DNA of 64,000 bases, taken from positions 42,813 to 106,812 of the IMG/VR virus record IMGVR_UViG_3300027836_000007, one strand, 5' to 3'. Below the pieces are notes generated by a model. The model was not told the DNA's origin, did no database searches, and saw nothing but the letters and a program-made list of their open reading frames with translations. Numbering within the stretch: the first letter of the stretch is position 1; each line of letters opens with the position of its first letter. Below, one piece after another: positions 19,088 through 25,661 of the stretch. Made by a program: the position numbers and the translations under genes. The DNA is from a virus.

Positions 19088-19671
19088 TCAACTTGGAACC
19101 TATCAATCTTTGGCCTAGTTTAATACATAAATCTGTTTACCCTGGAGATTTGACAAATATTTCTAGTAAATTTTTGACACTCTTTAATGAAAATTCAAAT
19201 CATAATTTAGAAAAAAACGGTGGCAAGTCTACATACAGTACTGTAAACAACCTAATTACCGACCCAGTGTGCGGCAAACTAAAAGAATGGTTAATTCAAC
19301 AAAGTAAACTAGTTTGGGATTTATCTAATTTTGTTGATCGTCCAAGACGTGTGCATAGAAGTTGGGTAAACTTACATCCTCCAGGGGCATGGACTGATGA
19401 ACACGACCATGCAATGTGTCATCAAAACATTGTTGTTTATTTAAAACAACCTGAATTAGGTGGTAACATAATGTTTAAAGATCCTCTACAATACACATTT
19501 TCTGGATTTCCAAAAAATAATAAAAATGACTGGACAACATTGGAAGTTAAACAGAACGATGTAGTTTTTTTTCCTGGATTTTTACATCATAAAACAGAAA
19601 TTAACTCTAGTCAAGAAGATAGAATGGTTATGACTCTAACTATATCCGTGGATATATTTGCTGATGAATAA
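19084..19671 (+). CDS. Putative Fe(II)/2OG oxygenase, TIGR02466-like
   Basis: SWVN, EHDH, GGNIMFKDP, DVVFFPGFLHHKT, RMVMT; shares LEKNGG.STY with 11519..12238. Confidence 0.85.
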   Translation: MINLEPINLWPSLIHKSVYPGDLTNISSKFLTLFNENSNHNLEKNGGKSTYSTVNNLITDPVCGKLKEWLIQQSKLVWDLSNFVDRPRRVHRSWVNLHPPGAWTDEHDHAMCHQNIVVYLKQPELGGNIMFKDPLQYTFSGFPKNNKNDWTTLEVKQNDVVFFPGFLHHKTEINSSQEDRMVMTLTISVDIFADE

Positions 19672-20254
19672 TTATAGAAACGTAACATTATTAGGAAAAA
19701 TTCCACTACTCACTAGTCAGTGGTCAGAATTCGATAACTATAAAAAAGACATCGTTGATCTTTGTTTAAAACTTGAAGTTCCTAATACGATAGAATCTAA
19801 TATAGCAGTTCATGCGAAATCAGATTTGTGGGAATCGTCTTTCGATTTTTTAGAAAAACAAACAGATATTAATAATTTAAAATTATGGCTGATACAGGAA
19901 TCTACTGAATTAATCAATAATTTTAACAATAGTAATTACAGAACAGTTATAACAGAAAGTTGGGCACATGTTACTAGGGCAAGTGGATATCATAAACCTC
20001 ATTATCACTGTGGCTCAACTTGGTCCGGCATTTTTTATGTTGCTGGTGAAACTAATAAAGGAGGAAGTAATAATTGGTACTTGCCTTATTACGTAGAAAG
20101 ACAGCCTGGGTTAGAATTTGCAGATAGTATGTACACTGTTAATTGCCAGCCCGGAACATTAGTGTTATTTCCCAGTATGCTACTTCATGATGCTGATGTG
20201 TATCAAGGAACCCAACCGAGGATAGTTATTTCTTTTAATTCCATATGCTTATAA
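19658..20254 (+). CDS. Putative Fe(II)/2OG oxygenase, TIGR02466-like
   Basis: ESWAH, HKPHYH..STWSGIFYV, GTLVLFPSMLLH, RIVISFN. Confidence 0.85.
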   Translation: MLMNNYRNVTLLGKIPLLTSQWSEFDNYKKDIVDLCLKLEVPNTIESNIAVHAKSDLWESSFDFLEKQTDINNLKLWLIQESTELINNFNNSNYRTVITESWAHVTRASGYHKPHYHCGSTWSGIFYVAGETNKGGSNNWYLPYYVERQPGLEFADSMYTVNCQPGTLVLFPSMLLHDADVYQGTQPRIVISFNSICL

Positions 20255-20841
20255 TAGACGACGTTATTGTGTTAGACGATATTGTTCCTAAACAATATCA
20301 AGATTTGATAGAAACTCAAATGTTAGGTGACAATATACATTGGCACTACATGAGAGACATAACCTTTGATGTTGAAAAACTCAATGAGTTAAAGGTTACT
20401 GTTGCTAAACCTGCATTTGCTCACAAATTTTACGACAGGACTGCTGGGATTATTAGCCCTGGATATGGATTAGTATTGCCCATTGTGTACAATGCTTGCG
20501 AAAAAATTAAGTTTCATGTAAACGAAGTTATTGCCGCAAGGAGTTTTTTAACTATTCCCCTTCCAAATCTAGAAAGCGCCCTAGATCATCCGCATGTTGA
20601 TAGAGAAGTTTCTCACATAGTAGTTCTATATTATGTTACAGATTCTGACGGAGATACTGTGATATATGACAAAACTTTTAGAGATGTCTCTCCTGATCAT
20701 CTTAGAAAAGAAGATTTACAAATTTTTAAAAGTGTTACGCCTAAAAAGGGAAGAGCCATCGTATTTGATGGCTCTCGATATCACACTAGCACTAGGCCAA
20801 CTACTGGACACAGATGTGTAGTTAACTTTGGTGTATGGTAA
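20245..20841 (+). CDS. Fe(II)/2OG dioxygenase-like protein (HxD...H)
   Basis: HPHVD, VVLYYV.DSDGDTV, PKKGRAIVFDG..YHTS, RCVVNF. Confidence 0.85.
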   Translation: MLIIDDVIVLDDIVPKQYQDLIETQMLGDNIHWHYMRDITFDVEKLNELKVTVAKPAFAHKFYDRTAGIISPGYGLVLPIVYNACEKIKFHVNEVIAARSFLTIPLPNLESALDHPHVDREVSHIVVLYYVTDSDGDTVIYDKTFRDVSPDHLRKEDLQIFKSVTPKKGRAIVFDGSRYHTSTRPTTGHRCVVNFGVW

Positions 20842-21237
20842 TTATGTTGGTGGAAGGTAATTTCCTGGATCGCCTTCTGCACCTGGCTTAGGCACCGCAC
20901 TTTTAACTGTTTCAATCGACTTAAACCATTGGCCAGTAGGCGATATAGTTCCTGTATCGCGAATCTCTTTAAACAACATATCTAATTGATCTCCCATTGG
21001 AGGATACGCTCTCATTCGTTGCATATAAAATGGCTCAACTGGATTTCCAAATTCGTCTCTAGAATGGGAGTGTGGGTCAGAAAATTCGCCAGTTTCCTCA
21101 CTATATCCCCAGCCAGTTTCACAGTTATCAGGGCAATCAACCCAGAAGAAATCTGTAGTTGTTTCAAAATCAGTTTCATCTGGTCCTAGTATCTGAGTTA
21201 CTTGCCAAAATCTTTTATCAATTAATGCTCTTTTCAT
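20842..21237 (-). CDS. Tail-fibre assembly/chaperone-like protein
   Basis: WVDCPD...GW.Y followed by QRMRAYPPMGDQLDML...W...I..VK..VPKP, a motif typical of genes downstream of phage fibres. Start moved from 21348 to MKRAL at 21237 (SD AGGA; removes overlap with the upstream gene). Confidence 0.6.
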   Translation of the reverse strand: MKRALIDKRFWQVTQILGPDETDFETTTDFFWVDCPDNCETGWGYSEETGEFSDPHSHSRDEFGNPVEPFYMQRMRAYPPMGDQLDMLFKEIRDTGTISPTGQWFKSIETVKSAVPKPGAEGDPGNYLPPT

Positions 21238-21253
21238 GTTCCTAATTCCTATT

Positions 21254-22201
21254 TTATTTATACTCGTAGACGATACAAATTCCGCCCTTGCCATTTCTGC
21301 CGCCTTGGCTGTTGTGTGCCGGGTTAGTTGCTGTGCCGCCTGATCCAAAGGCTGCTACATCTTGCGGCTGCTGACCTCCATGTCCACTAGGTTGGCCGCC
21401 TCCAAAGAAACTTATTCCGCCATGTCCTGGAGCACCGTTACCGTTATACTGATCTTGATTATTATGGCCACCACCTCCACCACCCCATACATTTAGTTGC
21501 CCAGAAGATCCAAGGCCACCCAGGCCACCGTTATGTTGTATGTGAGCATTGGCGCCACCACCACCGGTAGCCGCTACAAATGCACCAAAACTAGTAGTGC
21601 CTCCGCCTGGGCTAAATCCAAAGTATACTCCGCCAGCGCCACCACCACCAACAGTAACCGTAACTGTAGTAATAGCTGTAGCATCTATTACTCTTTCAGC
21701 ATAACCGCCTGCGCCACCTGATTCAGCATACGCACGGCCGCCTCCTCCTCCTCCGCATACAATCACATGTAGTAATCTTACATCAGGACCAGATTTAGTA
21801 TAAGTACCAGGGCCTGTAAAAGTATAGACATTTTTTATTTTTTCGCCAGCTTTCAAAATGTTTTCTCGAGCTGCATAATTGGTCATTAATGTACCGTTGG
21901 CGGCTGTACTTTCAGGATCATCTGTTACATTTGAAATAGTTGTTCCGTTGACAACAATTGCTGTTCCCGTTGCTGCCAAAGGCGTTACGGTACCTACAGA
22001 CGTTACACTCATAGAACCGCCACTTATAGCAACGTTGTTTGAAGCCTGTTTTCCTAGTGTATCAATCACTTTGGTAACAACTGCTGAGGCATTTCCTTGA
22101 AACGCTTTACCGTCTTGTACATTAATTGCAAATTCTCCTGCTATTAAAGAACCAGGTACTTGCGTTGTTGTGTTAGAATTTTTAAATTTATATTTTGGCA
22201 T
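21254..22201 (-). CDS. Short tail fibre/adhesin with C-terminal glycine-rich domain (paralogue C)
   Basis: N-terminal GEFAIN..DGK module; C-terminal VIVCGGGGGG...GGAGGYAE...VTVGGGG...GGTTSFG...GICIVYEYK. Confidence 0.75.
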   Translation of the reverse strand: MPKYKFKNSNTTTQVPGSLIAGEFAINVQDGKAFQGNASAVVTKVIDTLGKQASNNVAISGGSMSVTSVGTVTPLAATGTAIVVNGTTISNVTDDPESTAANGTLMTNYAARENILKAGEKIKNVYTFTGPGTYTKSGPDVRLLHVIVCGGGGGGRAYAESGGAGGYAERVIDATAITTVTVTVGGGGAGGVYFGFSPGGGTTSFGAFVAATGGGGANAHIQHNGGLGGLGSSGQLNVWGGGGGGHNNQDQYNGNGAPGHGGISFFGGGQPSGHGGQQPQDVAAFGSGGTATNPAHNSQGGRNGKGGICIVYEYK

Positions 22202-22207
22202 AATTTT

Positions 22208-23713
22208 TTACCTTAGTTCATATACAATACAGATACCACCACGACCAACACTGCCTTCGCCACCTGACCCGCCGACTGATCCAGTACCGCCTGCGCCCGG
22301 TGCGCCATGGTCTGCTGGTCGAGAAGCACTATGATGACTATTTCTAGATCCTCCAAAGAAGCTGGAGCCTCCGCGACCCACAGCTGAATTACTAGGATTG
22401 TTTACACCATTATTGTGACCCATGCCGCCGCCGCCGTATGCATTTACATCGCCGTTTGAGCCGATACCGCCATGCCCTCCTATGTGACTACCGTGCTGGT
22501 TAGCACCATAACCGCCGCTAGCACTTAGATACGAGCCAAAACTAGTAGTGCCTCCATTGGCGCTAACTCCAAAATAGTTGCCACCGGCACCGCCGGTGCT
22601 TGAAACTGTCACAGTAATTGTTGAAATGCTGGCCGCGTCAAATGTTCTCTCAGCATAACCTCCAGAGCCGCCACTTTCTCCATAGCCGCGGCCACCGCCG
22701 CCGGCGCCAACACAGATAACTCTAATTCTTCTAACATCGGTGCCTGATTTGGTATAAGTAGAACTTGCGGTATATGTAAAAACATTCTTTACTAATCCTC
22801 GGGTGTTACTATCAATATATGTTTTTATTGCATTTTGTGTTGCAATGGTACTGGAAGAGGCATCAAGAGCTGTAGAAGTTGATACACTGGTAAATGCTTT
22901 ATTGCCGCCTCTAATCCACAGTCTTACATGAGAAAGATATACTGCTTCGTCCGCTGGGGCTTGTTCTACGTTGGAAAGATGTCTAGCTGAAAATGTTGAT
23001 GGAGTATGTGCATACCATCCGGTATCAATAATAAAATACCCATTGCCGCCAAGACCTTCTGGAGCACGACCTACGCCGCCCCATGGCGCTGTTGAATACC
23101 ATCTATTTCCGTGCCAATTTAAAGTTGTTCCTGAAGCAGTTGTAGCTATTACTGGATAGCTTGACGCACTTTTAGTAAAAGTAGTTCTCGAAACTTCTGC
23201 GCCACCGTTGTCTGTAGTGAATAACTGGTTAGTTTCGCCGTCAACGCTGTCTACTAAATGCCAAAATACTTGATATCGTACTTCAGTGTGCGCGGGGATT
23301 CCTGTTAGGTTCAATGTGTAACTTCTAGGCCCTGCGGTCCAGCCGTGAGCACTAATGTTGCCCAAGCCGCCAAATTCAGTCATAGTAGTTGTGGTTGCAT
23401 CGTTCCATACTGCTGTATTTCCTGCGGCATTGCCACCTTCATCATACCAAATTCTTTCTGCCGGTAATCCTAAAGATGTAAGATTCGCATTTGTTGTAGA
23501 AACTGTTGTTGCATCAATTGTTCCGCCAGTGATTGTTATAGCATTTGAATCTTGTCTTCCTAATGAATCACCAATTAATACCGGATTAAGTGAGGCATTT
23601 CCCATCCAAAGTTTAGAATCTGCAAGGTTTACAGCAAGTTCGCCTTGCTCTAAACTTCCAGCTGCCGGAACCGCCGAAGCAGTGGTTGATGTTTTAATTT
23701 TTATTTTAGGCAT
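22208..23713 (-). CDS. Tail fibre/adhesin with inserted lectin-like domain and C-terminal glycine-rich domain (paralogue B)
   Basis: Same N-terminal GELAVN..D.K module and Gly-rich C-domain as its neighbours, plus a roughly 190-aa Trp/His-rich central insert. Confidence 0.75.
   Translation of the reverse strand: MPKIKIKTSTTASAVPAAGSLEQGELAVNLADSKLWMGNASLNPVLIGDSLGRQDSNAITITGGTIDATTVSTTNANLTSLGLPAERIWYDEGGNAAGNTAVWNDATTTTMTEFGGLGNISAHGWTAGPRSYTLNLTGIPAHTEVRYQVFWHLVDSVDGETNQLFTTDNGGAEVSRTTFTKSASSYPVIATTASGTTLNWHGNRWYSTAPWGGVGRAPEGLGGNGYFIIDTGWYAHTPSTFSARHLSNVEQAPADEAVYLSHVRLWIRGGNKAFTSVSTSTALDASSSTIATQNAIKTYIDSNTRGLVKNVFTYTASSTYTKSGTDVRRIRVICVGAGGGGRGYGESGGSGGYAERTFDAASISTITVTVSSTGGAGGNYFGVSANGGTTSFGSYLSASGGYGANQHGSHIGGHGGIGSNGDVNAYGGGGMGHNNGVNNPSNSAVGRGGSSFFGGSRNSHHSASRPADHGAPGAGGTGSVGGSGGEGSVGRGGICIVYELR
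22674..22725. repeat. 52-bp exact direct repeat, copy 1 (copy 2 at 24198..24249)
   Basis: ctttctccatagccgcggccaccgccgccggcgccaacacagataactctaa is identical in two fibre paralogues. Confidence 0.95.
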
Positions 23714-23719
23714 AATATT

Positions 23720-24682
23720 TTATTTGTACTCGTAAACTACGCAAACGCCGCCTTGACCATCAAATCCTCTGTCATAGTTGTTGGCGCCGTTATTATAAAA
23801 ATTTGATCCTGTGCCGCCTGCGCCAAACGCACTGTTATCCTGCGATCTAGCAGTGTAGTGTACTCCTGGAGTAGACCCACCAAAGAAACTGTTTCCGCCA
23901 TGCCCTGGATTGTGATGACTTGATGTGTGGCAGTTAATGTGGCCACGGCCGCCGCCGCCGTGAAAGTTCAAATTACCGCCTGAGCCTATGCCGCCTTGGC
24001 CGCCGGTGTGGTCTTGATTGTTATTTGCGCCGGCACCGCCACTTGCTGAACAAAATCCGCCAAAACTAGTAGTCCCGCCGCTAGGGCTATAACCATAATA
24101 CACGCCACCGCCGCCACCGGTGCTTGAAACTGTCACAGTAACAGTAGTTATACTAGTGGCGTCTATCCATCTTTCTGTAAAGCCGCCGGCGCCGCCGCTT
24201 TCTCCATAGCCGCGGCCACCGCCGCCGGCGCCAACACAGATAACTCTAAGTTGTCTTACATCAGTGCCTGATTTAGTATAAGTGTTACTGCTGGTATATG
24301 TAAAAATATTCTTTAAAGATCCTCTTCCTAAATTAACATTTCCCTGCACAGCAAGTCTTGTTGGTAATGTAGTATTGCTAGAACCTAATCCGTCGGCGTT
24401 TGCAACAGCATTGATTGTGGCTCCACTGTTTAGTTGCAAGTTAGTTGTAGAAATCTGTGCAGGCACTGTTGCCCCAATACTAGTACCATTAATTGTTCCG
24501 CCAGTAATTGCCACAGAATTAGCAGCATTCCTTGCCGCAGTTCCAACTATTTTTACAACGCCGCCCGCAGTTCCAACAAACATATTACCATCGCCGGTGT
24601 TCATAGCAAGCTCGCCTACGTCTAAGCTGGCAGGTACTGCTCCTGGTGTAGTACTACTTTTTAGTTTAATTCTTAATGGCAT
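23720..24682 (-). CDS. Short tail fibre/adhesin with C-terminal glycine-rich domain (paralogue A)
   Basis: GELAMNTGDG N-module; RVICVGAGGGGRGYGESGG...GVCVVYEYK C-domain. Confidence 0.75.
   Translation of the reverse strand: MPLRIKLKSSTTPGAVPASLDVGELAMNTGDGNMFVGTAGGVVKIVGTAARNAANSVAITGGTINGTSIGATVPAQISTTNLQLNSGATINAVANADGLGSSNTTLPTRLAVQGNVNLGRGSLKNIFTYTSSNTYTKSGTDVRQLRVICVGAGGGGRGYGESGGAGGFTERWIDATSITTVTVTVSSTGGGGGVYYGYSPSGGTTSFGGFCSASGGAGANNNQDHTGGQGGIGSGGNLNFHGGGGRGHINCHTSSHHNPGHGGNSFFGGSTPGVHYTARSQDNSAFGAGGTGSNFYNNGANNYDRGFDGQGGVCVVYEYK
24198..24249. repeat. 52-bp exact direct repeat, copy 2
   Basis: Identical to 22674..22725. Confidence 0.95.
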
Positions 24683-25260
24683 TAAAACGTGCCCCCGTCA
24701 ATAGTGCCGTTTCCTGTCAATGTAGTATTTAGAGTAACTGTATTGAATGTTGCATCGGCTGCGTTTGTTGCTCCAATGTTAACTCTGTTCATAGTGCCTG
24801 CTACCGCAGGATTTATTGTAACAGTTCCCGTTCCAGTTGGACTAATAATAACGTTGCCGCTAGCTGGGTTAATATTAACTGCCGCGGCGCTTGGGCTTAA
24901 TGTAATTGCTCCAGTAGCACTAAATGTTGTTGCTAAAACTGGGCCGCCTTCGTTGTTAACAATAACATAATTTGTACCGTCTGATGTTAAGGTATAGGTT
25001 GCATTAGCTGGTATTGTTTGCGATGAAGCCGCAGTAAAACCTGCACCTAAAATGTTTCCTGAAGGTGTTGTTAACGTAACAACGCCGCCTGTATTATTAA
25101 AAAAGCTCTGTGTAATACCAGAAAACTGCATGGGCGAAGCCAAAGTTACTGTGTATGGCGGGGTGCCGGTTAGTGTTGTTAATAGGCCCTGTGCAGGCGT
25201 ACTAAACGAAGCTGCACCGCTACTTGTTGCTGCCGTATTAATAGTATTATAACGTGCCAT
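24682..25260 (-). CDS. Putative fibre connector/structural protein
   Basis: Thr/Gly-rich; TVTLASP, TLTSDGTNY and terminal IDGGTF are typical of phage fibre proteins; TAATG-coupled to the first Gly-rich fibre. Confidence 0.6.
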   Translation of the reverse strand: MARYNTINTAATSSGAASFSTPAQGLLTTLTGTPPYTVTLASPMQFSGITQSFFNNTGGVVTLTTPSGNILGAGFTAASSQTIPANATYTLTSDGTNYVIVNNEGGPVLATTFSATGAITLSPSAAAVNINPASGNVIISPTGTGTVTINPAVAGTMNRVNIGATNAADATFNTVTLNTTLTGNGTIDGGTF

Positions 25261-25283
25261 GTTTTATCTCTCTATAGTTTTAA

Positions 25284-25640
25284 TTATGATGTTGATGTTT
25301 CAATGCCGTAAATGTTTACATTTACTGTTGCCGTCGAAGCCCACACCGTAATATATTTTGCGCCACTTGCAGCAGCTAAAACTAAGCCTGTACGCTCAAA
25401 TACGCCGCTTGGTGTAATAGCTGTTCCAAATTCGATAGCTTCACTAGCTACTAACGAACCAGTTGGTGTTCCAGCACTTCCTAAACTAGCACCTATATAC
25501 AAACGAATAGTTGCCGGCGCAGATGTACTAGTATTAGTAAAACTAACGTTAACTACGCTGTATGTATTATTAGGTACTACGTAGGTTGTAGTAGCAGTCG
25601 ATGCTGCCGGTGTACCTGTGTATAAAATTCCTGTTGCCAT
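25284..25640 (-). CDS. Small beta-rich virion adaptor-like protein
   Basis: YVVP...SVVNVSFTN...IRL...IEF...GVFERTGLVL...VN.YGIE; SD GGAG; similar layout to 46704..47036 and 55590..55913. Confidence 0.6.
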   Translation of the reverse strand: MATGILYTGTPAASTATTTYVVPNNTYSVVNVSFTNTSTSAPATIRLYIGASLGSAGTPTGSLVASEAIEFGTAITPSGVFERTGLVLAAASGAKYITVWASTATVNVNIYGIETSTS

Positions 25641-25661
25641 TTTTGTTTCTCCAAATTTATT

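Noticed and set aside
7961-20841. DNA hypermodification cluster or classical secondary-metabolite gene cluster
   Set aside because: No recognisable TET/JBP, methyltransferase, glycosyltransferase, thymidylate-synthase-like, NRPS/PKS or transporter genes are present, and the context is late structural. Disfavoured rather than excluded, since partners could lie outside the window.
21255-21262. Perfect T4 late promoter TATAAATA on the minus strand upstream of the chaperone gene
   Set aside because: It is formed by the codons TAT AAA TAA of the conserved YEYK-stop ending, so it may be coincidental; not listed as a feature.
22593-24249. Diversity-generating retroelement (TR/VR pair) suggested by repeats in fibre genes
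   Set aside because: The repeats are short and exact, both lie inside coding paralogues, flanking differences are not adenine-specific, and no reverse transcriptase is in the window.
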